In this document: piece after piece, positions 10,669 through 19,760 of the stretch
How the letters are laid out: each line of letters opens with the position of its first letter
Position numbering within the stretch: the stretch's first letter is position 1
Origin: a virus
Lineage: Duplodnaviria; Caudoviricetes
Length of the DNA stretch: 64,000 nt
Strand: one strand, 5' to 3'
Virus record (IMG/VR): IMGVR_UViG_3300033074_001348
Coordinates: 1 to 64,000 of that record
Position numbers and translations under genes: made by a program
Notes under the pieces: generated by a model
What the model saw: the letters and a program-made list of their open reading frames with translations, nothing else
What the model was told of the DNA's origin: nothing
Databases searched by the model: none

Positions 10669-10700
10669 TTTGGAAATTACCTAAAGGCGCATTATATTTG
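10669..10700 (+). promoter_or_regulatory. promoter TTTG-N20-TATATTTG
   Basis: TTTG 10669-10672, TATATTTG 10693-10700. Confidence 0.6.
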
Positions 10701-10704
10701 CCTC

Positions 10705-10762
10705 TGGTCGTTTATTACATGGTGTTTTATCACCCCGGGATTGGTCGTCTCGGGGTTTTTTT
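10705..10762 (+). ncRNA. candidate ~58-nt small RNA
   Basis: Bounded by a consensus promoter and a terminator (stem 10732-10740/10748-10756, U-tract); no plausible ORF between them. Confidence 0.4.
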
Positions 10763-10794
10763 ATTACAAAAGTTGGAGGCAATTAAAAGTTTTG

Positions 10795-10802
10795 TATATT
10801 TG
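10795..10802 (+). promoter_or_regulatory. TAnnTTTG promoter element for tmRNA
   Basis: TATATTTG just upstream of the tmRNA acceptor piece. Confidence 0.6.
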
Positions 10803-10806
10803 AGCC

Positions 10807-11139
10807 GTTCATTGATCTTTAATGGATATTTGTTGGACGAGGGTTCGATACCCTCCGCCTCCACTTAAAGCTCGTAGTTGTGCTTAAATTTCAGGTGATT
10901 CAGGAGTGTAAAAAGCGTGTACTGGATTTAAATGGCGAATCATGACCGCAGCCTGAAAGTTATATGGGGGCGACTGGATTCGACAACAAAGGTAAGTTAT
11001 AGGGAGAACGCAAGCCCATAAAAGGCAACAAAAACTCAGGCAAAGTCATCCCTATGTGGGGTCGCAATGCCAACGTTCAGGCAGCAGCTTGATCGTAAAA
11101 AAAAGAAAGACTCACTTTAATCGGTGGGTCTTTTTTTTT
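10807..11139 (+). ncRNA. ssrA: circularly permuted (two-piece) tmRNA
   Basis: T-arm GAGGG-TTCGATA-CCCTC (10839-10855) and CGCCTCCA (10856-10863) lie upstream of 5' GGGGGCG (10966-10972). The 7-bp acceptor stem has G3:U70. CAACAAA pairs with TTTGTTG. Tag frame 11024-11092 = GNKNSGKVIPMWGRNANVQAAA*. Confidence 0.9.
11106..11139 (+). terminator. intrinsic terminator ending tmRNA coding piece
   Basis: AAAGACTCAC...GTGGGTCTTT followed by a T run. Confidence 0.75.
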
Positions 11140-11172
11140 ATTTCATTTTCTCCTTGTAATTCATTTTTCTAT

Positions 11173-11180
11173 TACTTTTG
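11173..11180 (+). promoter_or_regulatory. TAnnTTTG element 4 nt before ATG
   Basis: TACTTTTG-TAGT-ATG. Confidence 0.55.
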
Positions 11181-11184
11181 TAGT

Positions 11185-12057
11185 ATGCCATTCTACGGTA
11201 CAGATGTCAATAACCGTCTCGACCTCATCATCGACAGGGCATACTCACCTTATTTCTCAGCAGCAAAAAGGAACGAAATACTGCGCATAGCAGTACTTAA
11301 TTCTATTGACAACAGGGTGCAGTCAAACGATAACATTACGGTGCAGGATCAATTGTTCGGCATCTACAAGACCAATCAGGTTTTTGTACCCACCAACAAT
11401 ACGGTCAGTATCGCAGCAACCACCGGAGACATTGCCGATTACCTTCATTTGATGAATTTAAGGGCGAAGTTTGTGGTTCCGTATATTTCCAATTACTTGC
11501 TTGCTGCCTCTAACGCCAGCCCTATTGTAGTGGAGTTCAATAGAGCGATTAACGCTCAAAACGGCTCACTACTTCTTTTCTCCGGAGCGTCCGGCAATAC
11601 GAACGTCAATGGGCAGCGATATGTCAAAAAGATTACCCCGTACCGTTTTGCATTGTACTCAGATGCTAATTTAGCCACACCGGTTGCAGGGAATGGAGTC
11701 TACTCAGGTACCGCCACCGCATCACTGGTGAGGTACGATATGAATTATGCTAAGAATTTAAAGTCTAACCGCAAGTTTTCAGTATTGAACGCACCTACTC
11801 CTGAAGACCCGTTTTACGAAATTGGGTCTGGGAGTATTTGCGTGTATCCATTATCACCTCCGTGCTCAGAGGTAACGGTGGATTACATTAGCACACCGGT
11901 ATTTATTGATGTAAACGATAGTGTTACCGATTTATTCGGAATATATAGCGAAGATTTCATTAATTTCATCTTGCAGATGGCAGCCAAACTGATCGGGGAG
12001 ATTACCCGCGACATGGGGTTGATGCAGTCTGCTATATCCGAGATGCAGCAACCATGA
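11185..12057 (+). CDS. head-tail adaptor / ring protein
   Basis: Start corrected to ATG 11185 (MPFYGTDVNNRLDL); helical N- and C-termini with a beta insertion; position before muzzle-like gene. Confidence 0.55.
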   Translation: MPFYGTDVNNRLDLIIDRAYSPYFSAAKRNEILRIAVLNSIDNRVQSNDNITVQDQLFGIYKTNQVFVPTNNTVSIAATTGDIADYLHLMNLRAKFVVPYISNYLLAASNASPIVVEFNRAINAQNGSLLLFSGASGNTNVNGQRYVKKITPYRFALYSDANLATPVAGNGVYSGTATASLVRYDMNYAKNLKSNRKFSVLNAPTPEDPFYEIGSGSICVYPLSPPCSEVTVDYISTPVFIDVNDSVTDLFGIYSEDFINFILQMAAKLIGEITRDMGLMQSAISEMQQP

Positions 12058-12692
12058 CCTTTCCTGAATTATATGAACGCATTGGATCACTCGCAAGTGG
12101 CGGATATCTTACAGAAGATTCCCGTTACGACAAAGGTTATATTTTCAGTCTGGTTAACGCTGCTCGTGCTATCATTGCTACTGAGCGGTTCAAGGCAGAC
12201 ATGGCTATTCCTCCGATCTATTATCAAGAGTATGAGCCGGAGTTTATAAGGCAGGCTCAGGAAACGGATTTATGTTGCTCGGTATTTTATGATTGCCCTG
12301 AAATTATCGGTATCAATAACCTATCATCAGGGCTTGGTTACGTGGGAACCATTGACGGCGTTCCTAAGACATTTGCGGAAGTAGCATCTGAGGCTGAGCT
12401 ATCCATGATTTTACGTGGAAGGGTCACTAAGGTGATGTTGACGCCTTATGTATTGAGAAGCGCCGGCGTTATTCGGGTATTTTACAAAAGTACCATCCAT
12501 CAGTTTAAAATGACCGGGATTTTTGCTGACCCTCGCCAGATACCTACTTATGACATTCAGTTGAGTCAGTACCCTATGGATGAGGGCGATTTCTCAAAAA
12601 TGGACACCTATCTTATGCAGGGGTCTATGAACGCAACAGTAAAGACGATTGCAGACAGAATTGCAAACAGCAAAGATAATACGCAGCCATGA
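12054..12692 (+). CDS. ring / adaptor protein
   Basis: 212 aa, ATGA-coupled, similar helix-beta-helix layout. Confidence 0.5.
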   Translation: MTFPELYERIGSLASGGYLTEDSRYDKGYIFSLVNAARAIIATERFKADMAIPPIYYQEYEPEFIRQAQETDLCCSVFYDCPEIIGINNLSSGLGYVGTIDGVPKTFAEVASEAELSMILRGRVTKVMLTPYVLRSAGVIRVFYKSTIHQFKMTGIFADPRQIPTYDIQLSQYPMDEGDFSKMDTYLMQGSMNATVKTIADRIANSKDNTQP

Positions 12693-13426
12693 CAACCGAT
12701 ATATCAGCCATTATAGATAGAGCCAGACGGAGGTTGGGTATTGAGCAAACTACCATGCACGAGGCCACGCTAAGGCAATATGCAGACGAAGGGGTAAATC
12801 ATTTGCAACTTCTTGACAATTATGTTGTTTCATGTGAAATAATTGACATCGAGTGCGGAAAAGGGGACTTATCTAAATATTGTGACACAGTACTGGCAAT
12901 CAGTCCAATCTCAAACAATAATGGAACTTGCTGCTTATGCTCAGGAGCGGAGCAGTTACAATCTCTTACAGGCTTAAATACCCGAACCTGCTCCTGCCTA
13001 CCGTTTTACGTATCCGATAGTTCGGTATTGATGCAGATGTCATCCTGCGGAACCGGATGCGCCAGTTCGGTAAACATTTATTATACGCAAGGGAGCAAAA
13101 TTATTTTAAATCCAAACGCTTCCGGCCAACTAAAAGTTTACTTTAGGAGCCTAAATGTGGATTCAGATGGCATCATGATAATCGATGAGGACTGGGTACG
13201 TGGAGTTTCTGCTTATGTCGCTTATCAATTTGCATCCTCTGGGTCAAATTTCAACAAATACAACTACCGTCAAATAAAAGGGTGGGAAGCGGAATGGGTG
13301 GCTCAAAAATCATATTGGCAGGGCGTTAGTCAAAAAAAATACACCTACAATAATAAGGCACGATTTGCGGCCATCGCCAACGCTATTGTAACGAACCCAA
13401 TACTCACTCTCGCACCTAACCCCTGA
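12689..13426 (+). CDS. ring / adaptor protein with Cys-rich insertion
   Basis: 245 aa, IIDRARRRLG...LRQYADEG N-terminus typical of adaptors; CCLCSG...CSC...CGTGC cluster. Confidence 0.5.
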   Translation: MTTDISAIIDRARRRLGIEQTTMHEATLRQYADEGVNHLQLLDNYVVSCEIIDIECGKGDLSKYCDTVLAISPISNNNGTCCLCSGAEQLQSLTGLNTRTCSCLPFYVSDSSVLMQMSSCGTGCASSVNIYYTQGSKIILNPNASGQLKVYFRSLNVDSDGIMIIDEDWVRGVSAYVAYQFASSGSNFNKYNYRQIKGWEAEWVAQKSYWQGVSQKKYTYNNKARFAAIANAIVTNPILTLAPNP

Positions 13427-16400
13427 TGGCAAAGCAAAACTCACCTATAGTTGCAGTAAGGTGGAATGCCGGCAAGGGAGGGTTGATATCAGATATCGAC
13501 CCTAAAGACATGCCCAATGGCGGACTTTTTACCACTATACCGGAAAGCGGGGGCTTAAACGTTCGATCTATCGGGGCAGGTACAGGCATTAGTCCGGACT
13601 ACGAGCAAATATTAGGTAACTCGCTGATTGCCACACTTGACCCTATTGCTGCTCAAACCAAACAGTTTCGCATCAGCATCGACACCAGTACCAAGACGGT
13701 AAATAGCGTCATTTCTTTCGACCTGCAAACACCTGACGGGACAACCGGATCGGCAACTACCATCACCTTATTGGCCGGAGACAATTTAGCTACGTGCCTT
13801 ACTAAAATAAAAACCGCCATTGACCTTGCTGCGGCGTTTCTTCCTGTCAGCACCACTACCACCACCGGCACCACTACCGGGTACGTTACATTTGAGTACG
13901 GATCACCCGCATACATCGATTTCCGTCTCTTTGACTTTACCGTTACAGGCGACCTGACTGCATCGTACAGCATTGTAAGAGAAGCAATTGATGAAGGTAT
14001 GGTGGGTGAGTGGAACCTAATTGGTAGCAGTGCCGATACAGGCGATTGCTTCATGGCGTTCACCACTAAAAAAGGTGATACACAAATCGTTGCAGTGAAC
14101 GATTGCTTTGATGACGGGTCAGGAGGCATACAAGTAGAAACTACCGTAGATCATAACTTGGTCAGCAATGAAGTAGTGACCATATCGGGTGTCGAAGGAA
14201 CGATAGAGGCGAATGGCATTTGGTCAGTTACTGTTATTGACGCCACTAACTTTACCCTTCAGCAGTCGGCGTTTGTAAATGCTTATACGACAGGCGGTAC
14301 CGTATTCTCAAAAGTTACGGGTTACGGTCAAATAGGGGTCGTGTATCGAACCAATCCTACTCAGATCAGATACGACAGGCTTTTGGCATCCCGTGAATTT
14401 AACTTCTCGACATACTATCAAATTGATGCGAGGAGCAGCAAGAAAAATGACGGCAAAAAGGGATTTTACTTTACCGACAACAACAATCCTTACCGGGTAT
14501 TCTACTATAAAGGAGCGTACACACCTGACGGCTCGATTACTTCAGGTCAATACATATATGGCGCTATTGACGCTGCCTTACAACTCAACCCTTTTAGCGA
14601 GGGCATAAAGATTGACTTTGTAACACAATTGCAGTCAGGTGGTGCGGTCAGATCAGGAAATAAAAGGTATGCAGTCCGTTTTTTAACCGAGTCTTTTGCT
14701 CCCACTTCATGGACGGATTTGACTAACCCTGTTCCGGTGTATTCCTATAACAATCAGTCAGGGCCGTTCGTGGAAGGTGATGAAGAAAACATTGTCACTC
14801 CAAAAATAAACGTACTGAAAGTCACCAACCCTGTACCGGGCGTGTTCACTTACTGCGAAGTAGCGGCGGTGGAATATGTGGGTATCGCTATTCAAGGAAG
14901 CATCATAGGTAGATACACACTGAACGGGGAATCAGTTCAATACATCAATCACACAGGCAACGAAATTGATGCAACCGACCTTGATGTAGGGCAACTGGTA
15001 GAAGTGCAAAACATCATCGAGAAGGGTCGAAATATAGAGATGTTGGATAGTAGGCTCATTTTAAGCAACCTAACGCCTGCTACATTCCCCGACTTTACGC
15101 CATTTGCCAAGACTTTTCGTTACTCTCTTGAGGTGGAGGATTTGGATACGGTAGGTATTCGCACCACCAATCCCAGTGCAGATATGCAGATTGGTGAGTA
15201 TCAAAATGTTAACAATTTCTACGCTAAGTTATCCCATCTGAGGTACGAGACCTATCGCTATTTCATACGGCTTCGTATGAGAAAGACCGGTTTAATTACT
15301 CCTGCCTTCTATTTGGGTTACGATATTAAGATTGATTTGCCGGTACCCGCTACACCTCCGTACCCGGCTCAACGTGATCCCGGCACATTCACATCTTTCG
15401 ACCTCACCGATACTTACGGCGGTGCACCACCACAACCGCTACCTCCTTTCGCTACCAAAACGAAGTCGATATACATTGATTTCCATGACTTTGACCTCGA
15501 CTTCGAGATTGATGGAGTGCCTGTAAGAGAACTGGCCGACACCATCTACTTTGAGCGAGCGAGAGTTATACCTACCGTTCTTTACAACGCTATGGCTGTC
15601 ATGGGCGTGGGTGGAGCCGTTGGACCTGGAGGTGGAGTGGCAGCCGGGTATTATCTCAGCTATGACTTTGCATCTACCGCCTGTATTGGTCCGTTCCCAT
15701 TCATATCAGGTACCAACTGGTTTACGGCAGGTATATTACCTGCTATTGGTGGCGACAATCCGGATTACCCAAGTTACCCGGGCGGATTTGTTAGGCGCTC
15801 TCAATTCCATATTGCGCCCGACTTATTCTTAAACGGAACGAGTGTAACATTCCAATCCGGCGATCAGATCATTAATTTTGGCAATCCAAAGGCGCAGGCG
15901 GTTGGTAACTACAACATGCTCAAAACTTTCCAAGAGTTTTACGAGGAGTACAATGGGGCTACCGGTCACGCAGATAATACCACTATCGAAATACTGGAAG
16001 TGGAGGCAGGGCAAAATATGGCTCACGGTACTCCGCTGAGTAATGTAGGTGGGCAAAACTATAGCACCAATTTAGGTTGGGGCGCAGGAATAATTGCAAT
16101 CTTCACCCCTACTAAGCGTTATCCATTCTGGGACACCTTTGCTGTACTCACCACCGCAGACGCTACCGACGTCAATCAGGACACCAATACCGACTACGGC
16201 TTTTACGATATCTTATATTACCGGCCATTAACCGATCAGTACGGTGATCCAGAGGATAATGTATGCGAGTGGACGGGTGTTTCATTTGATATTGGAACCA
16301 AGTCGGGAGTTATTGCATCTGGTAATGTCAAGGTATTTGGCGATGTGTGCACTCAGAAATGTTACATCAAGCACCGATACCCTAACAGCAGTTCAACCGG

Positions 16401-17868
16401 ATTTGGTGGCGGCGTTGGATTTTATACTCAGAACAGGGTGAACGGGCAAATGTTCCGCAAACCTACACCCACATCTCCAGACATTTTCCCTGAGCAGAAC
16501 CCGGGTGACTGGTTGACTGCTTCTGAGCCGATTGACCCGAGACTTAACTACAATCAAGGTTATACGTACCAAAATAACGTTACATCCAGCCGCCCATTTG
16601 ACAGTAACGCCACTTATCAAACCGACTGGGGTAATGCGATTGCATGGTCAAACCCTCAAGGTCCGGGCAGCAACACCGACTCACTGCGTATTTTCCTTCC
16701 CAATAACATCAAATTCCTTGATTTCTCTGACGGCTCGATCAACGCAGCCTTTAATATTAACAACGAGTTAGTTACCATACAGGATCGCAACACCCTCAGG
16801 CAATATTTCAATTCCACATCTATCCTCACAACGGTAGAAGGTAGCGAAGCAGTGCTTGGGGATGGTGCTGTATTGAACAGAAAAGGAACAACACTCACCA
16901 AATTTGGTACGCAGCATAAATGGTCTGCATTTACCGGTAAGTCAGAACGAGGTTTTGATGTACTGTATTTTATTGACTGGCAAAATAAGGCAGTATGCAG
17001 GTTAGGTTACAACGGTAACGATACCTTAGAGGAGATTAATGGCATGAAGTCCTTCTTTTCCAATAACTTAACATACGCTTGGGCAAAAGATAAACCCGCA
17101 AATGGACAAGGTATTGCAGGGTTCTTCAATCAAAGATACAGGGAGGCAGGCTGGACGATCCGATCTTACAGAGAGGATATAGCGGAGTGGGCAGGTGACT
17201 CTGTGTACGTAACAGGCGATCCGACTATGTACGGCATGAGCTCAGGATTTGAGAACGTCCCCTCATTTTACATTGCATTGACTGATAACACTGGCGCTCA
17301 GCCTGACATCAGCCCTGATGACTGGGTGCAAGTTTCCTTTACTGACAGTAATTTCTATAATCTATACACGCTGATATTCAGTGAGTTTAAGAATCAGTTC
17401 CAGTCTTTTCACACACCTAAACCTTTAATATATGCTACTTTTGAGAACGGGTATATTACTCCCCGCCCAATAAGCAATACCAGTGAATTGTATCTGGCTA
17501 ACACCGGCTCGAGGTGCGTATGGTATGACGACGACAGTACGGTACTGACTGCTGATGCCCATATTGATGCGGTCATTAATAATCCTCAAGGCAGAAAGAA
17601 TTTCTACAATCTTTCCATCGAGTCCGATCAGGCAATTACCGAAATTACCTGTACCACACCATCGTCCGTAAGCTATACACCTAACAGTGATGCTGAGCAA
17701 AGGGAAGGTAACGAATGGGTAACTCCAATACGGGCCGATGCAAACGACAGTTACATGTGGGGTGATTTTGCAATATTCCGCTTCCGGATGGCATACTCGC
17801 TATACAATAAAATTAACAGTTTTGCTTGCAGGCTCAGAGCCTTTGTGGGCAGACAAACCGACTCATAA
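13426..17868 (+). CDS. tail stabilization / muzzle (nozzle) protein
   Basis: 1480 aa beta-rich, follows the ring genes as in crAss-like tail modules. Confidence 0.6.
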   Translation: MAKQNSPIVAVRWNAGKGGLISDIDPKDMPNGGLFTTIPESGGLNVRSIGAGTGISPDYEQILGNSLIATLDPIAAQTKQFRISIDTSTKTVNSVISFDLQTPDGTTGSATTITLLAGDNLATCLTKIKTAIDLAAAFLPVSTTTTTGTTTGYVTFEYGSPAYIDFRLFDFTVTGDLTASYSIVREAIDEGMVGEWNLIGSSADTGDCFMAFTTKKGDTQIVAVNDCFDDGSGGIQVETTVDHNLVSNEVVTISGVEGTIEANGIWSVTVIDATNFTLQQSAFVNAYTTGGTVFSKVTGYGQIGVVYRTNPTQIRYDRLLASREFNFSTYYQIDARSSKKNDGKKGFYFTDNNNPYRVFYYKGAYTPDGSITSGQYIYGAIDAALQLNPFSEGIKIDFVTQLQSGGAVRSGNKRYAVRFLTESFAPTSWTDLTNPVPVYSYNNQSGPFVEGDEENIVTPKINVLKVTNPVPGVFTYCEVAAVEYVGIAIQGSIIGRYTLNGESVQYINHTGNEIDATDLDVGQLVEVQNIIEKGRNIEMLDSRLILSNLTPATFPDFTPFAKTFRYSLEVEDLDTVGIRTTNPSADMQIGEYQNVNNFYAKLSHLRYETYRYFIRLRMRKTGLITPAFYLGYDIKIDLPVPATPPYPAQRDPGTFTSFDLTDTYGGAPPQPLPPFATKTKSIYIDFHDFDLDFEIDGVPVRELADTIYFERARVIPTVLYNAMAVMGVGGAVGPGGGVAAGYYLSYDFASTACIGPFPFISGTNWFTAGILPAIGGDNPDYPSYPGGFVRRSQFHIAPDLFLNGTSVTFQSGDQIINFGNPKAQAVGNYNMLKTFQEFYEEYNGATGHADNTTIEILEVEAGQNMAHGTPLSNVGGQNYSTNLGWGAGIIAIFTPTKRYPFWDTFAVLTTADATDVNQDTNTDYGFYDILYYRPLTDQYGDPEDNVCEWTGVSFDIGTKSGVIASGNVKVFGDVCTQKCYIKHRYPNSSSTGFGGGVGFYTQNRVNGQMFRKPTPTSPDIFPEQNPGDWLTASEPIDPRLNYNQGYTYQNNVTSSRPFDSNATYQTDWGNAIAWSNPQGPGSNTDSLRIFLPNNIKFLDFSDGSINAAFNINNELVTIQDRNTLRQYFNSTSILTTVEGSEAVLGDGAVLNRKGTTLTKFGTQHKWSAFTGKSERGFDVLYFIDWQNKAVCRLGYNGNDTLEEINGMKSFFSNNLTYAWAKDKPANGQGIAGFFNQRYREAGWTIRSYREDIAEWAGDSVYVTGDPTMYGMSSGFENVPSFYIALTDNTGAQPDISPDDWVQVSFTDSNFYNLYTLIFSEFKNQFQSFHTPKPLIYATFENGYITPRPISNTSELYLANTGSRCVWYDDDSTVLTADAHIDAVINNPQGRKNFYNLSIESDQAITEITCTTPSSVSYTPNSDAEQREGNEWVTPIRADANDSYMWGDFAIFRFRMAYSLYNKINSFACRLRAFVGRQTDS

Positions 17869-17871
17869 TAG

Positions 17872-18945
17872 ATGCCCGAGCAACCGGCTAATTCTTATCA
17901 ACTGAGAAGTTGGAGGCTTTACAAACTACCTCCTGAGACGCCTATTGCAGCAAGGGAAGCAAAACTACTTATTGACGACATCATCGCTACCATTGATGGT
18001 TACAAAACCTCAGTAGGGGGCATTCTCGTTCCCGATACAAAGGGTCAGATTATTACGCATGACGGCACCACCGTTACTTTGCAGAATGTAGGCGCTAACG
18101 GAAGGATACCGGTGGCGGACTCGACTGCAACTAACGGATGGGACTGGAAAGACCCTTCGGTGCTTGGTTTTATGACTGCGCTACTGGTTCGTGAAAACGA
18201 TACCAATGTAGGCAGCAGAACCGCTATCAACTTTATTGATGGCGGCGGCATTACATGGACAATCGTAGATGATGCGCCTAATGGGGAGGTAGAAATATCC
18301 GCTACCGTTTCCATTACGGGAGCCAATCTCACCAAAACAGATGATACTAATGTAACGCTCACTTTGGGCGGCACACCAACAGGCGCACTTCTTAATGCAG
18401 TGAGTTTGACATTAGGGTGGACTGGTCAATTGGCAGTAGGTCGTGGAGGTACAGGACTATCGGCAATAGGTTCTTCATTGCAATTTTTACGGGTAAATTC
18501 GGCAGGCACGGCGCTTGAGTACGCTACATTATCCCGGATGTTTTGCCAATGTTTTTATGGAGATACTGCAACCAACCTTCAGTTAACCAATCAGGCAAAC
18601 GCAGAGAACTTTTTGGCTGCCGTCTCAAGAGATATTACAGTGCTTGACCTGACTACTTATACGCAGTGCAGGTTAGTGACAAGGGTGCAAACTGGCTCCG
18701 CTTCTGCAAATAACCCACGACTAAGACTTCGGTATCATACCGCATTCTCCACCACCGTAACGGACTATGTTGACATAGGGACAAGCGAGGTAGCGACATC
18801 GTTAGCATCCACAGGTCTTGCGGACTCGGGATGGATCAGTTTAGCGACCGGCGCAAAAGCGGATGTTTACGTAACGGTAACACAATTAGGAGGGGATGGC
18901 GCTGCTGACCCTGTTATTGGATTTATTAATGCTTATTTCAGATAA
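17872..18945 (+). CDS. short tail fibre-like protein
   Basis: GQLAVGRGGTG and VGANGRIPVADSTATNGWDW motifs typical of fibre proteins. Confidence 0.5.
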   Translation: MPEQPANSYQLRSWRLYKLPPETPIAAREAKLLIDDIIATIDGYKTSVGGILVPDTKGQIITHDGTTVTLQNVGANGRIPVADSTATNGWDWKDPSVLGFMTALLVRENDTNVGSRTAINFIDGGGITWTIVDDAPNGEVEISATVSITGANLTKTDDTNVTLTLGGTPTGALLNAVSLTLGWTGQLAVGRGGTGLSAIGSSLQFLRVNSAGTALEYATLSRMFCQCFYGDTATNLQLTNQANAENFLAAVSRDITVLDLTTYTQCRLVTRVQTGSASANNPRLRLRYHTAFSTTVTDYVDIGTSEVATSLASTGLADSGWISLATGAKADVYVTVTQLGGDGAADPVIGFINAYFR

Positions 18946-18952
18946 ATTATTA

Positions 18953-18960
18953 TAACTTTG
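18953..18960 (+). promoter_or_regulatory. TAnnTTTG promoter element
   Basis: TAACTTTG upstream of the ejection-protein cluster. Confidence 0.5.
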
Positions 18961-18974
18961 TAAAAACTAAACCA

Positions 18975-19760
18975 ATGGCATTTGAAGTGGTAAAAGTAAT
19001 TTATGGCTTAACTCAAATGAGCAAGGCTAAAAAGGCACTCAATCGACTTGCTAATTGGAAGCCTGAGTTTCGTAGCGGTGAATCTATCTTGCAGGAAGCA
19101 ACCGCCAAAACACCTTACGGGTATACAGCGCAAGAAGATGCCGCTTTTAAAAATAATCTTGCACGACTTAATACGCAACGCTACCGATTGGCTTCACAGA
19201 CAAATCCCAACATGGCGTCCAATATTAATGCCGGAATACAATACGGCAGCATTGGTGCGCTGAACGAGTTTGCTAAAAATGATGCGATTTTAAAGCAGCA
19301 AAAAATTGGGCAACTGGCATCAAGTATCCGCTCTCAGGATAACATGAACGTTCAGAATAAGATCAATCAAAAATCTCAAATGGAGCAGGCATACGGGGAA
19401 GCCTATAAGGCAGGGCTCTCTAATGTAGTGGGCGCACTTGATAGTAAGGTAAATGAATTTAAGTCGGTTGTCGGGTTTATAATCCCGGGAGCGGGCGGAG
19501 CAACTACAGCTACACCATCCACCACTACACAAATGCTTGGAGACATGGTAGGAGGTAAAACGCTTAGCGGTATCAATCAAAACACTTCCGCAGGAATGTC
19601 TATTGGAGCATCCGGGGCAGGCGAGGTCGGTGGTACGCCTTACAATACAAACTGGAAGCCATTTTCATCGATCAACCCGCCTGCATCACCACCACCCGCA
19701 AACCCATATCCAATGTCAGGTTGGATTGCTAACCCTAACCAATATAACCCTTATCAATAA
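18975..19760 (+). CDS. putative ejection (internal virion) protein
   Basis: 261 aa, Gly/Ala/Gln/Asn-rich helical, first of three coupled genes of increasing size. Confidence 0.5.
   Translation: MAFEVVKVIYGLTQMSKAKKALNRLANWKPEFRSGESILQEATAKTPYGYTAQEDAAFKNNLARLNTQRYRLASQTNPNMASNINAGIQYGSIGALNEFAKNDAILKQQKIGQLASSIRSQDNMNVQNKINQKSQMEQAYGEAYKAGLSNVVGALDSKVNEFKSVVGFIIPGAGGATTATPSTTTQMLGDMVGGKTLSGINQNTSAGMSIGASGAGEVGGTPYNTNWKPFSSINPPASPPPANPYPMSGWIANPNQYNPYQ

Noticed and set aside
10653-10868. 71-aa ORF across the sRNA/tmRNA region
   Set aside because: Runs through a promoter, a terminator and the tmRNA T-arm; likely incidental
11056-11184. N-terminal extension of the 333-aa ORF in the track
   Set aside because: Overlaps the tmRNA tag and terminator; a promoter element and ATG at 11185 give a better start
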